A stretch of 64,000 nucleotides of DNA from Blastocatellia bacterium (GCA_046154695.1 JBJXFI010000413.1:9823-73822), one strand, 5' to 3'; positions 46,582 to 56,298 are shown, counted from the stretch's first letter. Translations and numbers: made by a program. Notes: generated by a model not told the origin, from the letters alone.

Positions 46582-47522
46582 AGAACGCTCCGCTGGTGCA
46601 CATCATCGTTCTCAACTACAAGATGCGCGACGCCGTGGGGCGGTGTCTGGCGTCGCTGCGGTCGCTGACCTATCCGAACTACCGGGTGATCGTCGTCGAC
46701 AATGATTCGGGAGACGGGATCGAGGCGCTGGTCCGCGAGCGATTTTCCGACGCCGAGATGATCGGGAACCCGGTCAATTCGGGCTATACGGGGGGGAACA
46801 ATCGAGGCCTCCGCCACGCGCTCGAAAGCGGAGCCGATTATGCGCTGATCCTCAACCCCGACACGGAGGTGGTCAACGCGGATTTTCTGACAGCAATGGT
46901 CGCGTACGCCGAGGCGCATCCGGAGCTGGGGATCGCCGGGCCGCGCGTTTTTCTGCGCGAGCGCGGCGAGATTCAGAACACGGTCCTGTTTCCGCCGGGC
47001 TTTTGGCGAAGCCTGGTCCACTGGTTCCGGTATCGCATCGACCCGGATTCATTCGTTTTTTCCGGCAACGAGGTCGTCGAGGCGCGGGTGCTCAACGGCG
47101 TCTGCCTGCTGCTTCGCGCCGACTGCCTGCGCCGGATCGGCCTCTTCGATGAAGCCCTGTTTATGTACATCGAGGACGCCGAGATGGACTGGCGCGCCCG
47201 GCGCGCGGGCTGGGCGGTTCGCTATCTGCCCATCGACAGCGTGGTTCACCTGCAGAAACAGGACGGATACCACATGACCAGCCTGGTCAGTTTTCTGTTG
47301 AAGCGGAACTCCGTCTATTACCTATGCAAGACCGGCAGGCGATTCGAGGCGTGGGGATATGCTCTTTTCTCGGTCCTTCTCCTGTTGATTCACGGCCTGC
47401 TGACGCGGAGTCGAAGGGGATTCGAGGAATATGCCGGCTTCACCCGCAGGCTCGCGAACGCTTATCTCGTTGTGCTTCGGGGCCGCCGCCTCGACAAGAA
47501 TTTCGGGCCGCCGTATGCGTGA
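46578..47522 (+). CDS. glycosyltransferase family 2
   Basis: VHIIVLNYKM...VIVVDNDSGDG...LNPD; ATGA overlap. Confidence 0.8.
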   Translation: MKNAPLVHIIVLNYKMRDAVGRCLASLRSLTYPNYRVIVVDNDSGDGIEALVRERFSDAEMIGNPVNSGYTGGNNRGLRHALESGADYALILNPDTEVVNADFLTAMVAYAEAHPELGIAGPRVFLRERGEIQNTVLFPPGFWRSLVHWFRYRIDPDSFVFSGNEVVEARVLNGVCLLLRADCLRRIGLFDEALFMYIEDAEMDWRARRAGWAVRYLPIDSVVHLQKQDGYHMTSLVSFLLKRNSVYYLCKTGRRFEAWGYALFSVLLLLIHGLLTRSRRGFEEYAGFTRRLANAYLVVLRGRRLDKNFGPPYA

Positions 47523-47560
47523 CGAGTGGGAAGGGAACAGCGTATGAGAAGAGATCCCTC

Positions 47561-47632
47561 GTTCGGGGTTCCGCCTTCAGGCGGAATTGTCGCAATGAAA
47601 AATCGACCGCCTGAAGGCGGAACTCCGAACGG
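47561..47632. repeat. REP-like R-family copy R5 at the 5' end of the hypothetical secreted-protein gene
   Basis: GTTCGGGGTTCCGCCTTCAGGCGG ... CCGCCTGAAGGCGGAACTCCGAACGG; ATG 47595 lies in the loop. Confidence 0.85.
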
Positions 47633-47651
47633 TTTCCGCTGGCTGCTGGGC

Positions 47652-49238
47652 ATGCTGTTGATCGTGATGCCAATGGCGAGGGCGCAGCCGCCTGCCGTCG
47701 CGGAAGCCATTCGGGCGGAGGCGCTGCGGCCGGACCTGGATGTCGCCGACCGGCCGCTGCCGCTCGCGGGCCACTGGAATCTCGGCGAGGGGCGGGACGG
47801 GTTCGGCCCGGAATACCAGATGCGTATGCTGGACCGGGGCCATCACCTGCTGCCGTGGTTTCTGATGCCCAACGAGCAGGCCAATCCCGAGGACCCGCGC
47901 TGGCGTAGCTATTACGAGGGGGCGTTCCGGCGCGCGGCGCAATTGCGCCTGCCGATTTCGCTGATCGGGACGCAATGGGAGCAGATGCTCTCGGTCGAGC
48001 AGGAATATCTCGATCTCCCGCCGGAGCAGAACCCGAACGTCGTGCAGGGCGATGGAAAGATCCGCCGGGAGGTCTCGCCCTTCGGCCCGATCGGCGCATG
48101 GTACGAGGCGGGACAGCGTTGGGGATCGACCGCGATGTTGAAGCGGCTGCAGGATCTTTATCCCGATCCGCCTCTGGTCGTCTTCGTTTCGAATCACGAA
48201 CACGCCAAATTGCAATGGCCGAAGGCCGAGGAGGATCGCCGGTTCGGCAGGCTTTTTGGCGACGGCCGCGACGATGAGTTCAAGCGTCGGATCGTCGGCG
48301 ATGGCTGGATCGCGCGATATCGGGCGCTGCAGGCCGGGTTGCGGGATGGGCTGACCAATGCCAATTGGAAAGCGAAGGCGATCTTTATCGGGTACGACGC
48401 TTTCGGGCCGGCGCATTTCGGCCGGTGGGCGGGGTGGATGGAGTACGCCCTCAACAGCAAGAGGCGCATCGATCCGTGGGTTCACGCCTGGGACGGCGGC
48501 TCGCCCTCGTTCTATGTCTACAATTGGGCGGCGGTGACGGACTACACGGTGTTCAGCCCGCAGGTCGAGACCATGAACTGGGTTTTTATGCAGGACGAGG
48601 CGCGCCGCGTTCATCAGGGATCGGGGCGCAACTTCTGGTTTGAGATGTCGGTCTGGGACGGCCACGAGCCCGCGCAGGAGAACGACAAGCGGAAGACCTA
48701 CGCCCGGTCGGGGCAGCGGTTCACGCCGGAGCGATACGGCGGCATGGCGCAGTTCGGGATGTGGCTGCTGCGCCCGCGCGTCGTGCGGGAATTTCGCGGG
48801 TGGCAGGATACGCTCGCCCAGGCCGAGCCCTACTTCACGCCGATCGTGGAGGCCGTCGATCGCGTGCACGAAAATCCGGTCCTGCGCGAATTCTGGCGGC
48901 GGGGGCGGCTTGTGGCCAACCGGGCGCATGCCCATCCGTATCAGACGGCCGTGCCGCCGGAATATCAGAATCTCGACCGCTGGTTTCTGCTCGACACCTC
49001 GGCCGATCCGCGACGGCCGTGGGAACTGGGGACGCCGCTGCCGGTCTTTTCCCTGGCGCTGGTGACGGGCAGCGCGCCGCGGCGCCAGTGGCTGGTCTAT
49101 GCCCACGCGCCTCTCGGCGCGCGCAATTCGATCTCGGTGACGATTCCGGACTATCGCGCCGTCAATATCGATGTCTCGCTCGGCGGATCGTATTATCTGG
49201 TGGAAGAGCGGACCGGCCGCGCACAGCCAGTGAAATGA
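47652..49238 (+). CDS. hypothetical secreted protein (about 529 aa), no recognisable family; alternative start 47595 inside REP would give a longer signal peptide
   Basis: long uninterrupted ORF in operon frame; signal-peptide-like LLGMLLIVMPMARA-QPP; Trp/aromatic-rich. Confidence 0.6.
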   Translation: MLLIVMPMARAQPPAVAEAIRAEALRPDLDVADRPLPLAGHWNLGEGRDGFGPEYQMRMLDRGHHLLPWFLMPNEQANPEDPRWRSYYEGAFRRAAQLRLPISLIGTQWEQMLSVEQEYLDLPPEQNPNVVQGDGKIRREVSPFGPIGAWYEAGQRWGSTAMLKRLQDLYPDPPLVVFVSNHEHAKLQWPKAEEDRRFGRLFGDGRDDEFKRRIVGDGWIARYRALQAGLRDGLTNANWKAKAIFIGYDAFGPAHFGRWAGWMEYALNSKRRIDPWVHAWDGGSPSFYVYNWAAVTDYTVFSPQVETMNWVFMQDEARRVHQGSGRNFWFEMSVWDGHEPAQENDKRKTYARSGQRFTPERYGGMAQFGMWLLRPRVVREFRGWQDTLAQAEPYFTPIVEAVDRVHENPVLREFWRRGRLVANRAHAHPYQTAVPPEYQNLDRWFLLDTSADPRRPWELGTPLPVFSLALVTGSAPRRQWLVYAHAPLGARNSISVTIPDYRAVNIDVSLGGSYYLVEERTGRAQPVK

Positions 49239-49248
49239 GACGGGATTG

Positions 49249-49336
49249 GCCACGAATGAACACGAATGTTCACGAATGGCCGGGGAGAGTGCCCCGTTTA
49301 CCCTTTTATTCGTGTACATTCGCGCATATTCGTGGC
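49249..49336. other. imperfect long hairpin built from CACGAATG octamer repeats with inner GC clamp
   Basis: GCCACGAATGAACACGAATGTTCACGAATGGC ... GCCACGAATATGCGCGAATGTACACGAATAAAAG (rc). Confidence 0.5.
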
Positions 49337-49348
49337 TGAAACTACTGC

Positions 49349-50575
49349 ATGAGACGCGTGCTGCTGCTCAACAATGTTCCCACGCCCTATTTCGATCCGC
49401 TGTTCGAGCTTGTGGGGCGGGAATCGGGATGGGAGCTGACGGTCTGCTATTCCTCCGCGTGGAACCGGGCCGTCGGATGGGAGGAGAAGGCGCGGGACGA
49501 GAGCGGCGCGCATCGAACGATCATTCTCGATCGGCGGCGGCCCCGGCTTCGCGCTCGATTCGGTTCGTGGGCGGCGGCGGCCGCCGCGCTAGTCGAACTT
49601 CTGCGGCGCGAGCGGCCCGACTATCTGATTTGTTATGGGTACACGCTGCTTCCCCAGATGAGCGCATTGCTCTGGGCGATCGCGACAGGGACGCCCTTTG
49701 CCGTGATCGGAGACGCCAACTATTACACCGATGGCGCGGCGGGCCTCAAACGGGCCCTCAAGCGCCGCTGGCTTCGCTGGATCACCCGCCGCGCCGCCGC
49801 GCTGATCGCCGTCGGCGCCGCCGCCCGCCTCTTCTGGGAATCGTATGGCGCGCGCGCCGATCAGCTCTTCGAATCGCCCTTCGCCGTGGATAATGAGTTC
49901 TTCATCCGCGATCGCGAGGGGCGGATGCGGGCCGCGGAGGCGCTTCGCGATCGCTGGCAACTGGCGGGGAAGACGGTCTTTCTCTATGTGGGCCGCCTCG
50001 TACGGCGCAAGAATGCGCATCTCGTGATCCGCGCCCTTCGCGAGCTGCCGGAACCGAATCTCGCGCTCGTGATCGCGGGCGCCGGAGAAGAGCGCGCCGC
50101 GCTCGAATCTCTCGCCGGAGGCGATCCGCGCATCGTCTTCGCGGGGATCATCGCTCCGCGGGACCTGCCGGCGCTTTACACCGCGGCCGATGCCCTCGTC
50201 CTCGTCGCCGATCAGGAGCCCTGGGGGCTCGTCATCAACGAGGCCATGGCCTCCGGCCTGGCCGTGCTCGCGCACCGCCACTGCGGCGCCGCCGTCGATC
50301 TCGTCGATGAGACGAACGGCGCGAAAATCGATCAATTCGACGTCGGAGAGATCAAGGCCGCCCTCCGCTCCATGGCCTCGGATCGCGATCGATTACGGCG
50401 CCTGCAGGAGGGGTCGCGACAAAAGATAAAAAAATGGACGCTTGAACGCGCGGCCTGTGGTATCATCCGCGCCGTTGAAGAATCAGCCGCACCCCCGCAG
50501 CCTGAGCCGCGCCCGAGTGGACGATTGAACCCTCGGCCCGGATCTCGGCATGAAATAGAAAGAATAGAGAAATGA
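49349..50575 (+). CDS. glycosyltransferase family 4
   Basis: GT-B fold; EPWGLVINEAMASG motif. Confidence 0.82.
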   Translation: MRRVLLLNNVPTPYFDPLFELVGRESGWELTVCYSSAWNRAVGWEEKARDESGAHRTIILDRRRPRLRARFGSWAAAAAALVELLRRERPDYLICYGYTLLPQMSALLWAIATGTPFAVIGDANYYTDGAAGLKRALKRRWLRWITRRAAALIAVGAAARLFWESYGARADQLFESPFAVDNEFFIRDREGRMRAAEALRDRWQLAGKTVFLYVGRLVRRKNAHLVIRALRELPEPNLALVIAGAGEERAALESLAGGDPRIVFAGIIAPRDLPALYTAADALVLVADQEPWGLVINEAMASGLAVLAHRHCGAAVDLVDETNGAKIDQFDVGEIKAALRSMASDRDRLRRLQEGSRQKIKKWTLERAACGIIRAVEESAAPPQPEPRPSGRLNPRPGSRHEIERIEK

Positions 50576-51954
50576 CAGCTTATCCCGTTCTGCTGTTCGT
50601 TGTCGGCAGTCTGCTGCTCATATTGTGGTATCGCTTTCGCGACAATTTCCTTCGCGTCTATGGCCTGTTCTTTCTGATTCTTCTGGTCTACGCCTCGAAC
50701 AAGGAATATTACGGTATCTCGCCGGACATGTCGGAAGGCGCGGCAAGCCCGTTGAGCCTTGTGCGCTGGGGATTGCTCGGGATCTTCGCGTGGGCGGCCT
50801 GGCGGTCCAGGATGCCGGCCCGCCTTCGAGGGGATGCCGCGCTGGGGACGATGATCACGGTGCTGCTGCTCGTGATGGTCGTCTCGGGTTTTTATGCGCC
50901 GAGCTTCAGCTATTCGTTCATGCGGGCCGCCAGCATGGTGTTGCTGGCGCTGGCGCTGGTGAAGGGCCTGGGCCCGTATCTGCAGGGCAGCATGAACTGC
51001 CTGCGATTTTTTCAATTGAAATACTATGTGGCCTGGATCGTTCTGGCGCCGATGATGTTCATGTTGTTGTCGGGAATCGGTTATGGCGTGACGATCATCA
51101 TGAACCAGTATGCGGGCTATTTCGGCAACCAGAATATGTTCGGGACGTTCTCGGCGCTGATCACGCCCTATGTGCTCTTTCACTGGCGGGCCGTGGCGCG
51201 CAAGCGATGGGAGCGGTGGGCCGACGTCTCGCTGCTGCTGATGATTTTCGCCGGGCTCTGGTTCTCGAATTCGCGCAATGGCGCGGTCTGTTCCCTGATT
51301 GCGATCACGGCCTATTTTTACATCGTGAACACGCAGGACCGGATCAAGATCTTCGCCGTGGCGATCTGCATCGCCCTGATCTTCGCGTTCAGCCCCTCGC
51401 TGCAAAGCGACCTGACGCGTTTTATTCGCAAGGGAACCGACAAGTCGGCGGGCGTAACCGACATCTCGACCCAGTTTCTGGAAGAGAAGCGCTATGAGAT
51501 GTGGACGGGCGTGCTGCCGATGTTCTGGAAGGAGAAGCTGACCGGCTATGGATTCGCCTCCTCGCACCTGCTGGTCTTTCCCTTCACCAAGGACGAAGAG
51601 GCCGGACGCGCCCTGCACAACAGTTATCTGGAGATCTTCGGCGATCTGGGATTGCCGGGATTGCTGCTGCTCCTGGTGATCCTCTTTCGCATCGCCACAA
51701 AAGCGGCGGTGCTGGTTCAGAATCGCGGCGAGTACCTGGAGCGAAATATCAACGCGGTGTTCATCTCGATCTTCATCGCCGGATCGACGAACGCCTTTTT
51801 TGAAAGCTGGATGTTTTCGGTGGGAAATCTGACGTCGCTCATTTACTGGGGCGCGGTCACCGGCGTCGTCGCGCGTTGGGCGTGGCGATCGCGGGAATGG
51901 CGCGCGACGGCATCCGATGTCTCTCTCCACCCGCAATTGAGTTATACGCGATAA
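50572..51954 (+). CDS. wzy: O-antigen polymerase/ligase family (Wzy_C) membrane protein
   Basis: about 12 TM, periplasmic loop with NSYLEIFGDLGLPGLLLLL Wzy_C-like segment; ATGA overlap with upstream GT4. Confidence 0.7.
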   Translation: MTAYPVLLFVVGSLLLILWYRFRDNFLRVYGLFFLILLVYASNKEYYGISPDMSEGAASPLSLVRWGLLGIFAWAAWRSRMPARLRGDAALGTMITVLLLVMVVSGFYAPSFSYSFMRAASMVLLALALVKGLGPYLQGSMNCLRFFQLKYYVAWIVLAPMMFMLLSGIGYGVTIIMNQYAGYFGNQNMFGTFSALITPYVLFHWRAVARKRWERWADVSLLLMIFAGLWFSNSRNGAVCSLIAITAYFYIVNTQDRIKIFAVAICIALIFAFSPSLQSDLTRFIRKGTDKSAGVTDISTQFLEEKRYEMWTGVLPMFWKEKLTGYGFASSHLLVFPFTKDEEAGRALHNSYLEIFGDLGLPGLLLLLVILFRIATKAAVLVQNRGEYLERNINAVFISIFIAGSTNAFFESWMFSVGNLTSLIYWGAVTGVVARWAWRSREWRATASDVSLHPQLSYTR

Positions 51955-52002
51955 CAACAGAAGACGCGAATCGCAAGGACGATAAAAAAATACCCGCCAA
52001 TA

Positions 52003-52027
52003 ACGGAAATGGGGGCGCCCCATTTCC
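52003..52027 (+). terminator. short perfect hairpin after wzy
   Basis: CGGAAATGGGGG-CG-CCCCATTTCCG. Confidence 0.45.
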
Positions 52028-52075
52028 GGATATGACTGCCTTGCGCGACGGCCCTTCACATCCCCTGATGCTCGT

Positions 52076-53299
52076 ATGCCTCGCATATTAATCAACGCAC
52101 TGTCCTCTACCGCCGGCGGCGGCATTACCTATTTGAAGAATGTATTGCCGCGATTGGAACGATTCGACGTGATGAATCATTACGTGGTTCTTGTGCCGCC
52201 GGAACATTTCGATCAATACAAGCCCTACGTGACCAGGCACATCAGCATCGAGACGGTGCATCCGATGGGCGGGACCGCGGGGCGGCTGCTTTGGGAGCAG
52301 ACCTTTTTGCGGAGCTTCGTCCGAAGGCGAAAGATCGGGGTGCTGGTCTCGCTCGGCAATTTCGCGATCCTGGGCGCGCGGGTTCCGCAGGTGCTGTTCA
52401 GCCGGAATGACCTCTATTTTTCGCCGGATTTCGAGCAGGATCTGAAGGCGCGGGGGCGGCAATTCGATGTTGTCAGCAACCGGTTGAAATCGCGGCTGGC
52501 GTGCGCGTCCATCCGGCAGGCGCAGATCAACATCACGCCGACGGCGGCGTTTGCCGCGCGCATTCGGTCGCACGAGGGGATGGACGGGATCCGATTCGAG
52601 GTGGTTCCCTTCGGATTCGATTCCGAGGTCTTTCTGGGAGAGGGCGAGCCGCTGAGTGAAGAGCAGTTGCGGCTGCTCGAGCCGGGCGAGTCCTGCAGCC
52701 GTCTGCTCTATGTGAGCAATTACAACTATTTTCGGAATTTCGAGACGCTGATCCGCGCGCTGCCTTTTATCCGGGGGGAGATTCGGGAGCGGGAGGATCG
52801 CGATGTGCAGCTCATCCTGACGACCGACATCCGGCAGGGGGCGGTTCATGGCGGGTACGATTCATCGGCCGCCGCGGAACTGATCGACCAACTGCGGCTG
52901 CGCGACAACATCGCCATGCTGGGGCCGGTCGATTACCACAAGCTTCATCATCTGTATCGGATGAGCGACGCGTTTGTCTGCCCGTCGTATTCAGAGAGCT
53001 TTGGCCATCCGCTGGTCGAGGCGATGGCCAGCGGGGTGCCGGTGGTCGCCGCGAATCTGCCGGTTCATCGCGAGGTGTGCGAGGACGCGGCGCTCTATTT
53101 TCGCCCCTTCGATGTGCGGGAACTGGCGCGGCAGAGCGTTCGCGTTCTGACCGAGCCGAGGCTGGCCGAAGTGATGCGATCCCGCGGCCTAGAACGGGTA
53201 CGCCATTTCTCCTGGGACGATCACGTCCGCAAATTGATCCGATTGGTGGAGCGGTGCCTGCCGTATCGCGCGGCCGTCTCGAAGGTCTTTCCCGTTTAA
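52076..53299 (+). CDS. glycosyltransferase family 4
   Basis: GT-B fold, ESFGHPLVEAMASGVPVV motif. Confidence 0.82.
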   Translation: MPRILINALSSTAGGGITYLKNVLPRLERFDVMNHYVVLVPPEHFDQYKPYVTRHISIETVHPMGGTAGRLLWEQTFLRSFVRRRKIGVLVSLGNFAILGARVPQVLFSRNDLYFSPDFEQDLKARGRQFDVVSNRLKSRLACASIRQAQINITPTAAFAARIRSHEGMDGIRFEVVPFGFDSEVFLGEGEPLSEEQLRLLEPGESCSRLLYVSNYNYFRNFETLIRALPFIRGEIREREDRDVQLILTTDIRQGAVHGGYDSSAAAELIDQLRLRDNIAMLGPVDYHKLHHLYRMSDAFVCPSYSESFGHPLVEAMASGVPVVAANLPVHREVCEDAALYFRPFDVRELARQSVRVLTEPRLAEVMRSRGLERVRHFSWDDHVRKLIRLVERCLPYRAAVSKVFPV

Positions 53300-53310
53300 T
53301 AAATGGTAGG

Positions 53311-53383
53311 CAACCACGGGGAGCACGGGGAACACGGGGAAATAGAGGTTCTTTCCCCGTGTTCCCCGTGCTTCCCGTGGTTG
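53311..53383 (+). terminator. 32-bp-stem hairpin built from CACGGGGA octamer repeats, followed by ATTTTCT
   Basis: CAACCACGGGGAGCACGGGGAACACGGGGAAA / TTTCCCCGTGTTCCCCGTGCTTCCCGTGGTTG (1 G-U). Confidence 0.65.
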
Positions 53384-53398
53384 ATTTTCTGACTATTC

Positions 53399-54334
53399 AT
53401 GCCGGCCCCAAAAGAATCCGAGAAGTTTCCCCTTTCCGTCATCATTCCCGTCAAAAACGAAGAGCGAAATCTGGCCGCGTGCCTGGAGAGCGTCGCGTGG
53501 GCGGACGACATCTGGGTCGTCGATTCGGGCAGCACGGATGGGACGGCGGGGATCGCCGAGGCGCATCGCGCCCGGGTCGCGCAGTTCGATTATTCGGGCG
53601 GGTTTCCCAAGAAGAAGAACTGGGCGCTCGCGAATCTGCCGCTCCGGCATGAATGGGTGCTGCTGATCGATGCGGACGAGCGCGTCACGCCCGAGCTGGC
53701 GGGCGAAATCCGCGACCGGCTGGGCGGCGGAGAGGCTGCCGACGGCTATTATCTCAATCGAAAACTGATCTTTCTGGGGCGATGGATCCGGCATTGCGGC
53801 TGGTATCCGAGCTGGAATCTGCGGCTGTTCAAGCACAGGCTGGGCCGGTACGAGAAGCTGGAGGCCGGGGACGTCGAGAACGCCGGCGACGTCGAGGTTC
53901 ACGAACACGTCGTTTTGCAGGGGCGCGGCGAGTATCTCGGGAACGATCTGCTGCACGAGGATTTCAAGAGCATCTATCATTTCATCGAGCGTCATAACCG
54001 CTACTCGAACTGGGACGCGCGGGTCTATCACAATCTGGCCTCGGGCGTCGCGTTCGGCAGCGCGATCGGCGCCTCTCCCTTCGGTTCGCCGCTCGAACGG
54101 AAGCGGTTTCTCAAGCGGATGTGGGCGCGATTCCCGTTTCGCCCGCTGTTTCGCTTCGTCTGGATGTACATCGTCAAACGGGGCTTTCTGGACGGTCGCG
54201 CCGGATTGATCTTCTGCACGCTGATGACCATGCATGAGGCCGTCATCTCGGCGAAGATGTATGAAGAGAGGCTGAAGATCGCGCAGGGAGCGGATGCGGC
54301 GACAAACGACATTTCTCACTCGAAGAATCCGTAA
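53399..54334 (+). CDS. glycosyltransferase family 2
   Basis: LSVIIPVKNEE...VVDSGSTDGT...IDADE. Confidence 0.8.
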   Translation: MPAPKESEKFPLSVIIPVKNEERNLAACLESVAWADDIWVVDSGSTDGTAGIAEAHRARVAQFDYSGGFPKKKNWALANLPLRHEWVLLIDADERVTPELAGEIRDRLGGGEAADGYYLNRKLIFLGRWIRHCGWYPSWNLRLFKHRLGRYEKLEAGDVENAGDVEVHEHVVLQGRGEYLGNDLLHEDFKSIYHFIERHNRYSNWDARVYHNLASGVAFGSAIGASPFGSPLERKRFLKRMWARFPFRPLFRFVWMYIVKRGFLDGRAGLIFCTLMTMHEAVISAKMYEERLKIAQGADAATNDISHSKNP

Positions 54335-54336
54335 TC

Positions 54337-56298
54337 ATGTGTGGAATCTGCGGGATCGTCGGCGCGGTTGAGCGAGAGACGATCGAGCGAATGACGGCGA
54401 GTCTGGCGCACCGGGGGCCGGATGGCGGCGGGACGGAGTCGTTTCCCGCGCATGGGCTGTCGCTCGGGCATCGGCGGCTGAGCATCATCGACCTTTCGCC
54501 GCGCGGCCGGCAGCCGATGGCGAATGAGGACGAGAGCCTCTGGATCAGCTTCAACGGCGAGATCTATAACTTCCGGGAGCTGCGTCGCTCGCTCGATCCG
54601 GCGCGGCATCGCTTTCGATCTGAGACCGACACCGAGGTCATCCTTCATCTGTTCGAGGAGCGCGGGGTCGAGGCGTTCCGTCGATTGAACGGGATGTTCG
54701 CGTTTGCGCTGTACGATTCGGTTGGCGGGCGGCTTCATCTGGTTCGGGATCATCTCGGCGTGAAGCCGCTTTATTACGCGGACGTGGGCGGGCGGTTGAT
54801 CTTCGGTTCGGAGATCAAGGCGATTCTGGCCTCGGAGGCGTATTCGCCGGAGATCGACCGGCAGTCGATGCGCGACTTCTTCTCGTTTCTTTACGTTCCC
54901 GCGCCGCGAACGATCTTTCGGGACATTCATCAATTGCCGCCGGCGCACTGGCTGGAATATGACCTGGCGCGGCGGCGAATCGTTCGCGTGGAGCGATATT
55001 GGGGCCCGAAGGATTGGGCCGCGCCGCCCGTCGAGGCGGGGGATCGCCGGCGGGCGCTGCGCGAACTGTTCACCGACGCGGTCGGCAGGCAGATGATCAG
55101 CGATGTTCCGCTGGGCGCGTTTCTCTCTGGCGGGGTGGACTCGAACGTGATCGTGGGATTGATGGCGGAGCGGGCTTCGCGGCCGGTCAAGACCTTCACG
55201 GTTCTCTTCGATGAGCCGGGGATGGACTATTACGATGAGCGCCGCGAGGCGAGGCGCGTCTCCGACCGGTTTTCGACCGAGCATCACGAGCTGCCGATCG
55301 ACCTGTCGCGCCCCGAGGAGATGCTCGACCTGGTCGAATCGTTCGATCAGCCGTTCGGCAACACGACCTTCTTTCTCACCTGGCTGCTCTCGCGATACAC
55401 GCGCGAGTCGGTCACGGTGGCCCTGTCGGGGGCGGGGGGCGATGAGCTCTTTGGCGGGTATCCGCGCTACCGCGCGGTTCGCCGGATGCGGGCCCTGCGG
55501 CTGCTGCCGCGGCCCCTGGCGCGCGCGACCCTCCGGGGCCTGTCGCGGCTGCGGGACGATTTCGCCGACCGGCGCCTGCATCGCCTGCGCGCCCTGCTGG
55601 CGGGGCTCGACCGCGATCCGGCCCGGCAGTACCTGAAATGGGTCTATTACCTCGACGAAGACCGCAAGGCCAGGCTTCTGCGCGACGGCGGCGGGCTTCC
55701 CGCGCATCGCATACTCCAATCGCATCTCGATGAGATTCCCGGGGCTTCGGCCGATCCATGGGATGACGGCAACCGGTTTTCTTTTCTCGATACCGAGACG
55801 TTTCTTCCCGACAACCTGCTCGAATATTCCGACAAGATGAGCATGGCCTGGGGGCTGGAGCTTCGCGTTCCGTTCCTCGATCCGCGGATGGTCGAGTTCG
55901 CCTTCCGCACGCCGTTCGCGGAGAAACTCAATCGCCGCGGCAGCAAGATGATTCTGCGCGAGGCCTTCGCCGATCTGATCCCCCCGGAGAATCTTCGCGT
56001 GCCGAAGAAGGGGTTCAATGTCCCGCTCGGCGCGTGGATGCGGACGAAACTCGACCGCTATTTCGACGAACTGCTCCCGCGGGAGTATGTCGAGCGCGAG
56101 GGGCTCTTCCATCACGCTTACATCACTCACCTGCGCGAAGAGCACCGGAACGGAAAGCGCGACAACGCGTACGAACTCTTCTCGATTCTGATCTTCGACG
56201 CGTGGTATCGGAAATACATCACCCGCACCCTGCCCCGAAAGATGGAATCGGCGAACGGATTTTTTGATCGTAATCACGAACATTCAACACCGACGTAG
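54337..56298 (+). CDS. asparagine synthetase-family glutamine amidotransferase (AsnB-like); in this context probably a sugar-carboxyl amidotransferase
   Basis: N-terminal MCGICG Ntn-hydrolase nucleophile, SGGVDS PP-loop motif, 653 aa. Confidence 0.88.
   Translation: MCGICGIVGAVERETIERMTASLAHRGPDGGGTESFPAHGLSLGHRRLSIIDLSPRGRQPMANEDESLWISFNGEIYNFRELRRSLDPARHRFRSETDTEVILHLFEERGVEAFRRLNGMFAFALYDSVGGRLHLVRDHLGVKPLYYADVGGRLIFGSEIKAILASEAYSPEIDRQSMRDFFSFLYVPAPRTIFRDIHQLPPAHWLEYDLARRRIVRVERYWGPKDWAAPPVEAGDRRRALRELFTDAVGRQMISDVPLGAFLSGGVDSNVIVGLMAERASRPVKTFTVLFDEPGMDYYDERREARRVSDRFSTEHHELPIDLSRPEEMLDLVESFDQPFGNTTFFLTWLLSRYTRESVTVALSGAGGDELFGGYPRYRAVRRMRALRLLPRPLARATLRGLSRLRDDFADRRLHRLRALLAGLDRDPARQYLKWVYYLDEDRKARLLRDGGGLPAHRILQSHLDEIPGASADPWDDGNRFSFLDTETFLPDNLLEYSDKMSMAWGLELRVPFLDPRMVEFAFRTPFAEKLNRRGSKMILREAFADLIPPENLRVPKKGFNVPLGAWMRTKLDRYFDELLPREYVEREGLFHHAYITHLREEHRNGKRDNAYELFSILIFDAWYRKYITRTLPRKMESANGFFDRNHEHSTPT

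Noticed and set aside
54337-56298. Calling the AsnB-like gene a housekeeping asparagine synthetase asnB
   Set aside because: It is embedded in the co-directional EPS operon between a GT2 and the sugar oxidoreductase. An EPS-dedicated amidotransferase is the more parsimonious role, so no gene symbol was assigned, although the catalytic family is certain.
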